A stretch of DNA of 64,000 bases from Lingula anatina. Its lineage: Eukaryota; Animalia; Brachiopoda. The notes under the pieces were generated by a model. The model was not told the origin of the DNA. It saw only the letters and a list, made by a program, of their open reading frames with translations, and searched no databases. The stretch spans positions 22,754,001 to 22,818,000 of the forward strand of contig CM120645.1 of assembly GCA_051362555.1 (NCBI GenBank), given 5' to 3'. Shown one piece after another: positions 47,044-56,685 of this stretch (its first letter is position 1; each line of letters begins with the position of its first letter). The translations under genes and the position numbers were made by a program.

Positions 47044-48647
47044 CTGGTCCAGACTCATAGTACTTCTCTTCGTATTCTTCTTCCACATAATTCAGCAACA
47101 GTCTGATGGGCTGGGCAAGCTACAGGGAATTAAGATATTTTGTGAGCGATAAGATAAGACTCATAACATTTAAAGGAGATAAATAATAGCGGTCGACCGT
47201 TAAACCAAGTTATGTAGTTTTAGGGGTTATCTTTAACAGGCAAAAGTAGGAAAACGACTGAGTAAGTCAATTTTAAGTGGGTTCTGCTTTGTCTGAGTTA
47301 CATTTTAAACTTACTGTAACTATCCTTTTTACGTAAAATGAAGAAAGAACGTAAAGAGAAGACACAAATTAACACGAGGGTTCTTCAACGACATCAAGTA
47401 TCCGTGTGTTACATAATGGTTGAACAGACAAAATATTTATATCAGTCACGCTATCTGGACTCTTCATTCACATCAGGTATCTTTGGTGTTACGTACATAT
47501 TGAACCGATAAAATAGTTGCATCGTCAAGAAAATATCTATAGGCCTACTTTTATGATCTCTATACACAAGCCTCAAGGCTCAATCTCCCAAGCTTTAAAG
47601 TGTTGCTTTCCCTATGACATGTGACACGACACACAATAGCACAACAGTTTGAACTTGGCCATATAAAAGAAGTGTGATACGCGTGTTTTGGTAAAGAGGT
47701 CGCTTCGTATATAGACATGTAGGCGTGTATAAGCTTTCCAACTCGCAGCTGTGGTATTTATAATAATAATCACTCATCACATTTATTAACTTTTAGCTTT
47801 GACAGATATTTTATTCTTTATTTTACCCCTTATTTATATTTTTATGTAAGCACAATAGAGTAGTGTTAGTAGTAGTTTAGACAGCGAACAATGTTGTAAC
47901 ACTTATAGCTGAATAAATTATTAAATTATTTAGGTAAACATCCTTTATTGTGGTATCACAGTCAACACATGTAAGCAGCACTGTATGTCTAAAAGCCAGA
48001 CCCTCATTGCTGAATCATTATAAGTTCATTACCAGCGTGACGCTTGTGACCTCTTCTATCTTTTGTACGTCGAGAAGATTTACCGTCGCAAAGGCAAGCC
48101 ACCTTTGATGGATGTTTTAGATCACAAACGCGGCAGGTGTGTGGGACTTCGACAGTTTTGTGCTGAGCATTGCTCTCCGCACTGCAAGAGCAAAGTCCAG
48201 CCAAATTGATAACTTCCTTACAGTCATCCGTTCGCTGGATTCCTTATCAAGATGATATCTACCGGTATATACTACACACCGGGGATTTTACGGATACATA
48301 ATATATTACTTATGTAATTTTGGTCCTGCAGCAAGGGACGCTGTTCAAACACGCGTCCTCACGGACCCTGCTCTGAATCGTGTTGTTTTGATAACATGGA
48401 TTCTAACTAGTGCAAGATGATCTATCTCTGATACCTCCTTAACTAGGGCATGAGTCGACTGACAGTCCCGAGACTCATTAACTATCCTGTTTACATGTTT
48501 AAAAACACGGCAAACCAGCAATAATTTGGTTAGAAGCACGCTTAATTATAACCTGCAAATAGAAAAGGGCACATCCACAACGTTCTGTTAGATGCAAAAA
48601 GCATTAATGAACATACCCCTCTTTGCTTCCAGTACCCCAGCACGGGC

Positions 48648-49214
48648 TGTTAAGTCTCAATTTTCGTCGGTTAGACTTTACGAGAAAATAATGTCACGTT
48701 AGATAACGCGCCGGTTCTTGGGCCTTAGTGTTGTGCGCCCAGCTGATCCAGTAAAACGAACAAGATTCTCATTTGATGCAAGTGGAAATTTAATACTGTC
48801 TTTTGGAAAATATACAGAGGTTTCTTCTACATAGTAACTGTCAGTCCAAAATGTATAATGATATCGCCAGAGCCAAAATACGATATGCCCTCACCTTAGA
48901 AGAGGGCAGCCTTTATAGATCATTCAGGAATTTTAATAATCCAGGAAGACGTACACTTGACTGAGCGCAGTCCTTTCGTCTCCGGCTCTGCCTCCACTCC
49001 GTCACCGTGTTTCCTGGATCATTCCCACCCCTCTCAGCCTTCAAAGGCATTCCTGAATTTATCTCCGGTTATCATCATTCCTGAATGTCTATTGACTGTC
49101 CCCTTCTAAGTTTATCTTAAGATTATTTTAATTTTAAACGTCCACGTTACTTTAAGATTATTTTAATTTTAAACGTCCCCGTCACTTCTAAAATACCCAA
49201 AGTGGTATTTTACA
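48648..49214 (-). repeat. 3' LTR (567 bp)
   Basis: No mismatch to 56119-56685 found by eye; candidate poly(A) signal ATTAAA on minus at 48789-48794. Confidence 0.95.
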
Positions 49215-49231
49215 CCACTATACTACCCACC
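49215..49231 (-). other. Atypical polypurine tract
   Basis: GGTGGGTAGTATAGTGG abuts the 3' LTR on minus; only 12 of 17 bases are purines. Confidence 0.45.
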
Positions 49232-49553
49232 GGTTGAAATGTTCACATTTCAACTACAAGAAATTAAAATAATATGTTAAATATGCTTCAATAACGTCTA
49301 CTTTAAAAATCTATCCTAATAAACATAGAATCATAGATATAAATATAAGGTATTAAAGTAACCAACATTTGTATACCCTTGAATTGTAGTAATACTAATT
49401 CAATACTCAGATATATGTACAAATAGTGCATATCCGCTTCGTGATTATGGCATCAATTAAACTTTTACCGTTAATTGACAAATTACTGTATGGTATAACA
49501 TGATATCAAACAAATACACCTTAAAAGGTAAACCCCACGCTTAAACCAGACCC

Positions 49554-51659
49554 TTAAATCGCGTGTTGTTCCATCAGCATATGCAACGGAGGTGCAGGAA
49601 GCGACTCGTTCAACGCTAGTTGTTCTTGGGCCGTCAGCGCCTGCGCCTCAGGTCCGTGAACCGTCAGTGTGTCCGAGGTTGCTGTCAGCTCCACCGGGAC
49701 ATAAGTGATGGTCTCACAGTCGTTAGTACTATTGGCTGTTACCGTACGCTGATGAACAGGGCTGTCCGGTGCTGAAATATGACTCAACTCAAGTTCATTT
49801 GACATGGGTTCATATAAAGCGTTATCACATTCCTCATTATGTCCACTAGACATTTCTGATTTCCGTTTATTGGCGTGATGGCTTTTTTTAATTATTTCCC
49901 GCCAATTACATCGCCGATACCCACATATTACAATCAGAATCACCCCAATCACAATGAGGGAGCCAGTGGTCGTTCCAATTACTAATTGTCGCCTAAATTT
50001 GTTAGCAAAAAATATAGAAAAGGGATTCGGTTCATCGCTTATCGGAGATAGCAATATACGTTTAACTGGTTGTAAAGGTGTTAATTCGTCAGGTTTCATG
50101 ATGTGCAAAGCTACGCTAGCCGGAATAATATTTTGTACCTGCAAAGGTTTTATATCATTTACCATGAGTGCCTTAACGCTTACTTTGCCCATCCGTTGTT
50201 TTAAACCCGGTAGTGTGAAGTTGGTGGCCGTTATGGAACAGCCGTCACTTACATGTATCAGGTAAACCCCTGGCCATAGGGTATGTGACACAGCAGGTGA
50301 CCGTGGACACCGTGTATATATTGTTTCCCCCGAAGTGGTAAGCGCGTAATCCCCTAACGCTAACTCTACTGCCTGCGACTGTACATACCTAGTTAATTCT
50401 ATTTCACATGCTCGCCTATGTTTCACCTGCCCGGTGATCAAGGCCCTGGAGCATAGTTCTATACCAGGTCGAAACATCGGTCCTGACCTGCATACAATGG
50501 GTCGCCACCCTTGGCAGTTCGAAGGGTGAAAGATGTCCCCCGTGATAGGATCAATCCCAACGTTGGTGAACGGAATTATTACCTTTGCTGCTATCCCGGA
50601 CGTGTTGTATGGTGCGGGGAAGCTAAGAATCCGGTATTTCTGGTATACCCGCTGTGCAATGAGGGGTAACTTTACCCTGTATATCAAAGTCTCACCTCCC
50701 CATGCTGGATTGACCACGACATGCTCGTAATACCAGTTGATCGGTTGAATTGGCAAAGATGTAACATTCACTGTCGCTGTTGTCAAGATATCCTGAAGTT
50801 GGTCGGGCGGAAGCAGTTCTTCTGTTAAACGACCCAATTCAAGGCTTGCTTTCTGTCTTAAGTATTTCTCCATAGCTGTTTGAAATGCCGATACCATACG
50901 TTCATATTCCGATACTGCTAATTCGATTTGAGAAGCGCAATATAAGTTGTTCAATTTACCTTGTGTTATATTTAATTGTGAAACTACTGCTGGAAAATTG
51001 TGAGTTACAAAATTTCGAATGTATCGTTGAATGTTGTTTATACTTTGTCTCCCTTCATCTATTAAATCATAAGTGTGGTTTAATACTGATACGAGATCAT
51101 TAACTTTATGAACAAGTAGTTTATTTTGATGTCTGGTCTCCTGAACAATCTTAGTAACTTCTGCTAAATTTTCGTCTGTGGATAGGCCAAAAAGACTGTG
51201 AAAGGCGTCACCAACAAAATTCAGCAATCCTCTTTTGGGACGTAAAGCTAAACGATGGGATGAATCATAGTGATATTTCGTTATACTTAGCGTTGTCAGC
51301 GTCCGAAATTTCTCTTTGCAGAAGTCGAGTCTTCCCATCCACAGGTCAGCGTTTCTCCTAGTGATAGTACGGGAATCGATGAGGTTTTGAATTTGCAGTT
51401 TGAGTTTAGCTAACTGGACCCAATGGTCGTCTGTGAAGACAGGGCGATCCACGGTTACGAGTAAGTTCCACTCTGTCGTTTGGATAGCCATGTCTACCCG
51501 TCCGGTGACTAAAACGCCGTCTGGTATCGGTATCACTTCAGATGTGGCGTCCGTGTGTATTCTAGCAGATGACAGCAGAGCCATCCATATTAAGATGTGC
51601 TTGAAGCCCCTTCCTTTCTCCGTTGTTTGGACGAAGGTTGTGCCTCGGGACTTGGACAT
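49554..51659 (-). CDS. env: Envelope glycoprotein, class-I fusion (baculovirus F / errantivirus Env-like), 701 aa
   Basis: N-terminal hydrophobic segment (ILIWMALLSSA), furin site RPKR (51242-51231) followed by fusion peptide GLLNFVGDAFHSLFGL, heptad-like helical region, Cys-rich ectodomain, N-glycan sequons, TM LVIGTTTGSLIVIGVILIVICGY (49985-49917), ~120-aa tail; lies between IN and the 3' LTR. Confidence 0.88.
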   Translation of the reverse strand: MSKSRGTTFVQTTEKGRGFKHILIWMALLSSARIHTDATSEVIPIPDGVLVTGRVDMAIQTTEWNLLVTVDRPVFTDDHWVQLAKLKLQIQNLIDSRTITRRNADLWMGRLDFCKEKFRTLTTLSITKYHYDSSHRLALRPKRGLLNFVGDAFHSLFGLSTDENLAEVTKIVQETRHQNKLLVHKVNDLVSVLNHTYDLIDEGRQSINNIQRYIRNFVTHNFPAVVSQLNITQGKLNNLYCASQIELAVSEYERMVSAFQTAMEKYLRQKASLELGRLTEELLPPDQLQDILTTATVNVTSLPIQPINWYYEHVVVNPAWGGETLIYRVKLPLIAQRVYQKYRILSFPAPYNTSGIAAKVIIPFTNVGIDPITGDIFHPSNCQGWRPIVCRSGPMFRPGIELCSRALITGQVKHRRACEIELTRYVQSQAVELALGDYALTTSGETIYTRCPRSPAVSHTLWPGVYLIHVSDGCSITATNFTLPGLKQRMGKVSVKALMVNDIKPLQVQNIIPASVALHIMKPDELTPLQPVKRILLSPISDEPNPFSIFFANKFRRQLVIGTTTGSLIVIGVILIVICGYRRCNWREIIKKSHHANKRKSEMSSGHNEECDNALYEPMSNELELSHISAPDSPVHQRTVTANSTNDCETITYVPVELTATSDTLTVHGPEAQALTAQEQLALNESLPAPPLHMLMEQHAI

Positions 51660-54600
51660 AACGCCGCTCTCTTCTTATAACGGGTATTGTAGCTATGATC
51701 TGCCGGTCTGCGTAGCTGTGGTTCTCTATCTGTCCAGCTATCCCACTCTAATGACGTCTCGGATTCGGCAGAGTCAGAGTCGGTATCGTCTTGCTGATGT
51801 GAAGTCCCCTCCTCTAACTGATCTCTCAAAGGTGGCACTGGAGGTATTATAGCAGTCTCGGGGGTGGCCTTTTTCCTTGAGTTACGCAACGGTCGTGGTC
51901 TGACCTCATCCCAAGCTATATCAGGATCAACTACGCGTAATTTATTTCGATTCACGGTTATTATCTTTCCAGATAGTTGATTCCTAATTTTGAACACCTT
52001 TCCCCACTTATCAATAACCTCCCATTCCGGATCCCACTTTGAAGTTAGGGTTAATCGTTCCTGGGCTTTAACCACTACCGTGTCACCAATTTGGATAAGA
52101 TCGGCATTGGCTTTTGCATTAATTCTGGAAGGGTTATATTGCCTGGAATTTTTAAGATTCACTTGGGCGCAACGAAGCGCTTTAGACATTTCCCTTAACC
52201 GACCATGCAATGCGTTTGTCTGACTGGTGGCTTTTAATGCTTTAGTCAGTGGCAGTCTCCCCCTTCTACCGTACATCAAAAAGAACGGTGTAAACCCTGT
52301 GGATGAACTGGGGCTATTGCGATAAGCACATACCGCATTTCCTAATTGGTTTTCCCATTGAAGTGCATCATTGTCGACCAATTTCGCCAACAATTCTTTA
52401 ATGGTTCTATTTACTCGTTCAGTTTTACCATTTGATTCAGGATTATGACCTGTAGTTGACCTATGATTAATTCCCAAATCTGTCAGAAATTGTCTAAAAC
52501 TTAGACTTTGGAATTCCCCACCCTTATCCGTGATAATAATTTCCGGAATACCATGTCGCGGGAAGAAATCTTTTGCCAAAACTGCCTCCACTTCTAAGGA
52601 AGTTTTATTAGGTATAGGATATGACTCGACCCACCCAGATAAATGATCGATGGCATTTAAAATGTATCTATTGCCCTTATCACTTTCCCGAAACGGACCA
52701 ATTAAATCTAACCCAACAATCTGCATGACATACGATGGAATAGGCATTTCTCCAAATGGCGCGTGTTGTGCCCGCGATTTATGTACCTGACATACCGGAC
52801 ATCGTTGCAGCTGCGATGTAATATCCCGTCGGATTCCGGGCCACACGTACGCTTCCTGTACTCGGTGTTGTGTTTTCGCAGCCCCCATGTGGCCAATTTC
52901 TTCGTGACATCGCTGGATCACCGCCTCTCTGTATTGGAAGGGAAGTACTAAACGTGGATAGACAGCAGCTGTACGCGATGGTTTCTTTACTGAATAAAGT
53001 AACCCATCTAATACTGCAAGGTCCGAATCTTCTGTTCCCGCATTCTTAAACCACGCTTGGAATTCTTCTTCCTGTTCTCCGCGTAACTTCTCTGGTAGTA
53101 AATCGTCTGCTTCTAGGGGTATTCGTTGAGCAGCGTCTTCATCCGGAAGCGCGTCCGGGTCCACCCATTCATCTGTGTCGAAAGTGGCGACCTCTGGTGG
53201 CGGCAATCTACTCAAAACATCCGCTCGTACGTTTTTCTTACCTTGTATATATTCTATCTTCGCCCCAAACTCGGACAGCAGCATAGCCCAGCGTTGTACT
53301 TTGGTGTTGCGCATTTCAGCCGTGAATAAAGATCGTAAAGGTTTATGATCCGTGAAGATGGTAAAATCGGACCCGATGAGATACGGACGTAGTTTACTGA
53401 CGCAGAAAATTAAACTGTAGGCTTCGCGTTCAAGTGTGGACCAGCGAAGAGCCGGTCCTGACAAGGATTTAGAGACATACTGTATGACACGTTCCATTCC
53501 ACTGTCATCTACCTGAACTAAAATGCCCCCTACCGCGTAATTGGATGCATCCGTATACAAGCGATACGGCCTGTCTGTTCGGGGATACGCCATAATCTCA
53601 TTCGAACACAACTGATCTTTTAAGGTTTGAAATGCCTGTTGTTGTTCGTCCCCCCATACATATTTCTCGCCCTTCTTGGTAAGTTTGTATAGGGATGATG
53701 CTGTGTGAGCAAAATTGGGAATGGTTCGCGAGTAATACTGACACATGCCGAGAAAAGACCGAATACCCTTGACCGATTTTGGTGGTTCTAAGGCGGAAAT
53801 TGCTTTTGTTTTCTCGGGATCACTACTGATACCATCGGGGGTCACAATGTAGCCTAAAAGTTTAATTTCTTGTTGGGCAAATGAACACTTTGAAGGTTTT
53901 AATTTTAAACCGGCGTTGCGCAATCGCTGAAATACCTGACGTAAATGTTCTGCATGTTCTTCTTTTGTCTTACTAAACACGCAAATATCATCCAGATAAA
54001 CAAAACATGATACTCCGATAAGGCCACTCAGAACCGAATCCATCATGCGTTGAAAATACGCAGGTGTAATGGACAACCCAAAAGGACAACGTAAGTATTC
54101 AAATTGACCCAGATGACAAACAAATGCTGTCTTTTCAATATCCTTTTCAGCAATGCGAATTTGTGTGTACCCTGAACGACAATCTAGTACTGAAAACCAC
54201 TGTGCTCCACTCACCTGATCAAAGATGTCCTGAATGAGGGGTAGCGGGTACCTTGCGGGTGTAATAAGCTCGTTCAATTTTCGGTAGTCCACACAAAATC
54301 TCGTGCTGCCATCCTTCTTTGGTACTAGTGTAACGGGAGAGGCCCATGGACTGAAACTTGGTTGAATCACATTATCTTTCAACATTTCTTCAATTTCAGA
54401 TTCTATAAGTTTTCGCTTCGCTAGTGGTGTGCGATATGGTCTCTGTCTAATGGGCACATGATTACCCGTATCTATAGTCATCGGTTCCACGGTACTTAAA
54501 CCGTGCGGTTCACCTTTTACACTAAACACATCATTAAAATCAGTCAAGACCTTATCTATTGCCTCGTGACCCACAGGAGTTGCTTTTAAAAGTGCGGTAC

Positions 54601-54988
54601 ATAAATCAGTATCTTGTTTGTCTTGATACTGTTTATATTCAACCAGCGGCCATTCCCTACGACACCAATACAGCGTATTAGTGTCATAATTAATGACTCC
54701 CCTGTGTGCCTGAAGCGTGTCATTACCCAAAATCATTTGATGGTCAATATTGTCTACAATGAGCATCTCTACCACATTTGCAAAGTCAATACGAATTTGA
54801 GCCGTTCCTAACACAGTAAGTTGCTGACCCGTTATACTAATGACGGGTTGTGTACTTTTCACTAATCTAGGTCTACTAGTCATCGCACATAATTTCTTAA
54901 ACACTGAGTAATGGAGCAGAGAGGTACTAGCGCCCGTGTCAACTAATGCTAAACAAGGTTCCCCATTTAAAGACACACTAACCCCCAT
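51590..54988 (-). CDS. pol: Pol polyprotein: aspartic protease, reverse transcriptase, RNase H, integrase
   Basis: LVDTGAS (PR); SPWASPVTLVPKKDGSTRFCVDYRKLN, PFGL, YLDD (RT); LYTDASNYAVGGIL, TDHKPL, ADVLSR (RH); H..IGH...CPVC, DLIGP, TDKG, NGKTERVNRTIK (IN). Gypsy domain order; no stops. Confidence 0.97.
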   Translation of the reverse strand: MGVSVSLNGEPCLALVDTGASTSLLHYSVFKKLCAMTSRPRLVKSTQPVISITGQQLTVLGTAQIRIDFANVVEMLIVDNIDHQMILGNDTLQAHRGVINYDTNTLYWCRREWPLVEYKQYQDKQDTDLCTALLKATPVGHEAIDKVLTDFNDVFSVKGEPHGLSTVEPMTIDTGNHVPIRQRPYRTPLAKRKLIESEIEEMLKDNVIQPSFSPWASPVTLVPKKDGSTRFCVDYRKLNELITPARYPLPLIQDIFDQVSGAQWFSVLDCRSGYTQIRIAEKDIEKTAFVCHLGQFEYLRCPFGLSITPAYFQRMMDSVLSGLIGVSCFVYLDDICVFSKTKEEHAEHLRQVFQRLRNAGLKLKPSKCSFAQQEIKLLGYIVTPDGISSDPEKTKAISALEPPKSVKGIRSFLGMCQYYSRTIPNFAHTASSLYKLTKKGEKYVWGDEQQQAFQTLKDQLCSNEIMAYPRTDRPYRLYTDASNYAVGGILVQVDDSGMERVIQYVSKSLSGPALRWSTLEREAYSLIFCVSKLRPYLIGSDFTIFTDHKPLRSLFTAEMRNTKVQRWAMLLSEFGAKIEYIQGKKNVRADVLSRLPPPEVATFDTDEWVDPDALPDEDAAQRIPLEADDLLPEKLRGEQEEEFQAWFKNAGTEDSDLAVLDGLLYSVKKPSRTAAVYPRLVLPFQYREAVIQRCHEEIGHMGAAKTQHRVQEAYVWPGIRRDITSQLQRCPVCQVHKSRAQHAPFGEMPIPSYVMQIVGLDLIGPFRESDKGNRYILNAIDHLSGWVESYPIPNKTSLEVEAVLAKDFFPRHGIPEIIITDKGGEFQSLSFRQFLTDLGINHRSTTGHNPESNGKTERVNRTIKELLAKLVDNDALQWENQLGNAVCAYRNSPSSSTGFTPFFLMYGRRGRLPLTKALKATSQTNALHGRLREMSKALRCAQVNLKNSRQYNPSRINAKANADLIQIGDTVVVKAQERLTLTSKWDPEWEVIDKWGKVFKIRNQLSGKIITVNRNKLRVVDPDIAWDEVRPRPLRNSRKKATPETAIIPPVPPLRDQLEEGTSHQQDDTDSDSAESETSLEWDSWTDREPQLRRPADHSYNTRYKKRAALCPSPEAQPSSKQRRKEGASSTS

Positions 54989-55017
54989 ACGAGCCTTCTT
55001 ACGCCTCTCTGCTTGAA

Positions 55018-56073
55018 CTAGTTTAAATGATCAAAAGGTTGCTGTTTCTTACGTAAAGCTTTGAGTTGGTAACATTCTGCCTTTACATGGCCTACTTTAC
55101 CACAATGAAAACATTTTATCTGTCCGTCTGCCGTCCATCCCTTACTGTCCTTAGACGATTGAGGCGGTTTGCGTGGGTGCTGTCTTGTGTTGGATGACGT
55201 CATCGGTGGCTCGCGTTGAGCTGCGCTTTTCAACGCAGATAAGATCGACTCTTTTAGTTCGGTAGCCCATCGTGGTACTTGGTCCACAGGTTGTGTCGCC
55301 CCGATTTCCATTGGCTCCTCTATGCGGCGTTGAGTGTTGCTATTTCGGTCTCCGTAGACGGTTTGAAATAGGAGATCACCCACCTCTTCATTGTCCACGT
55401 ATCTCATAGCTTCTTGCAACGTTGACGGTCGTCCCTTCCGTATCATGTCCCTAGCGAGGCGAATCTCATGCAGGCCCCGCGTATAAGCTTTAATTAACAG
55501 GCGTTCCGCTTCCTCGGATCGCGGAAGTGGGTATGCTTTCCGCGCCACGTCTCTGAAGCGGCGATTATAGGACGCCGTGTTCTCAAATTGTGATTGTTTT
55601 ATTCGTTCCAATTCGGCTCGAATGCAACTAGTTTCATCGGCGGAAAGAAAGACCCGTCGAATATGGTTTCGTAGCACCGTCCAGTCCGTTCCAAAATACT
55701 CTGGCTGTTGATTTAAGAAATAATCTATCTCACCTGCCATTGACCCTTGTGCCGTCTGCAGTGCCAGTTTAATTGTGGCGTGTTCAATTTCCTCCGTCCG
55801 GGGAATTGTTCGTTCAATTTGGTCAATCCAGTCTCTCGTGTCGTCCGGAATGGACCCATCACAGGGTTTAATAGCCCTGCACAGTACGTCCAATTTTGTC
55901 TGGTGCTCACCCTCTATTTTCATGCGTTCCATCCTCGCATTTCGAGCATCTTCCGCTCGCCATCTTTCCTGCATTAAATTTCTCCACTGTCCATCTTCCT
56001 GGTGCGCCTGCACCGTTGTTTTTGCCAAAGCTGCAACTCCGGCGGACAGCTGCTGAAGAGAATCTGGATTCAT
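55018..56073 (-). CDS. gag: Gag (capsid plus CCHC nucleocapsid), 351 aa
   Basis: Starts 45 nt after the 5' LTR; IKQSQFENTASYNRRF (MHR-like), EPMEIG, zinc knuckle CFHCGKVGHVKAEC. Confidence 0.93.
   Translation of the reverse strand: MNPDSLQQLSAGVAALAKTTVQAHQEDGQWRNLMQERWRAEDARNARMERMKIEGEHQTKLDVLCRAIKPCDGSIPDDTRDWIDQIERTIPRTEEIEHATIKLALQTAQGSMAGEIDYFLNQQPEYFGTDWTVLRNHIRRVFLSADETSCIRAELERIKQSQFENTASYNRRFRDVARKAYPLPRSEEAERLLIKAYTRGLHEIRLARDMIRKGRPSTLQEAMRYVDNEEVGDLLFQTVYGDRNSNTQRRIEEPMEIGATQPVDQVPRWATELKESILSALKSAAQREPPMTSSNTRQHPRKPPQSSKDSKGWTADGQIKCFHCGKVGHVKAECYQLKALRKKQQPFDHLN
55021..55027 (-). promoter_or_regulatory. -1 ribosomal frameshift slippery heptamer U UUA AAC at the gag/pol junction
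   Basis: gag ends CAT TTA AAC TAG; the -1 frame reads CTA GTT CAA GCA GAG AGG CGT AAG AAG GCT CGT ATG GGG..., open into pol. Confidence 0.85.
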
Positions 56074-56098
56074 TTCGTTAGATCGCTAAAAATTAAGT

Positions 56099-56116
56099 CC
56101 TGAAAAGAGCTCGCCA
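56099..56116 (-). other. Primer-binding site (TGGCGAGC...; tRNA-Arg-like, partial match)
   Basis: TGGCGAGCTCTTTTCAGG begins 2 nt after the 5' LTR; TGG complements the tRNA CCA end. The tRNA identity is tentative. Confidence 0.65.
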
Positions 56117-56118
56117 AT

Positions 56119-56685
56119 TGTTAAGTCTCAATTTTCGTCGGTTAGACTTTACGAGAAAATAATGTCACGTTAGATAACGCGCCGGTTCTTGGGCCTTAGT
56201 GTTGTGCGCCCAGCTGATCCAGTAAAACGAACAAGATTCTCATTTGATGCAAGTGGAAATTTAATACTGTCTTTTGGAAAATATACAGAGGTTTCTTCTA
56301 CATAGTAACTGTCAGTCCAAAATGTATAATGATATCGCCAGAGCCAAAATACGATATGCCCTCACCTTAGAAGAGGGCAGCCTTTATAGATCATTCAGGA
56401 ATTTTAATAATCCAGGAAGACGTACACTTGACTGAGCGCAGTCCTTTCGTCTCCGGCTCTGCCTCCACTCCGTCACCGTGTTTCCTGGATCATTCCCACC
56501 CCTCTCAGCCTTCAAAGGCATTCCTGAATTTATCTCCGGTTATCATCATTCCTGAATGTCTATTGACTGTCCCCTTCTAAGTTTATCTTAAGATTATTTT
56601 AATTTTAAACGTCCACGTTACTTTAAGATTATTTTAATTTTAAACGTCCCCGTCACTTCTAAAATACCCAAAGTGGTATTTTACA
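56119..56685 (-). repeat. 5' LTR (567 bp)
   Basis: TGTAAAATACC...CTTAACA on minus; TATAAA at ~56388-56383; 27-bp direct repeat TTAAGATTATTTTAATTTTAAACGTCC twice in U3. Confidence 0.95.

Larger units (their letters stand above)
48648..56685 (-). mobile_element. Full-length env-bearing Ty3/gypsy LTR retroelement (endogenous-retrovirus-like), 8038 bp
   Basis: Two 567-bp direct repeats with TG...CA ends, GGGC TSD (48644-48647 / 56686-56689), PBS, and open gag, pol and env ORFs. Confidence 0.97.

Noticed and set aside
49954-56081. Plus-strand ORFs inside the retroelement as antisense accessory genes
   Set aside because: All are 150 aa or shorter, are expected shadows of long coding frames and have no motifs.
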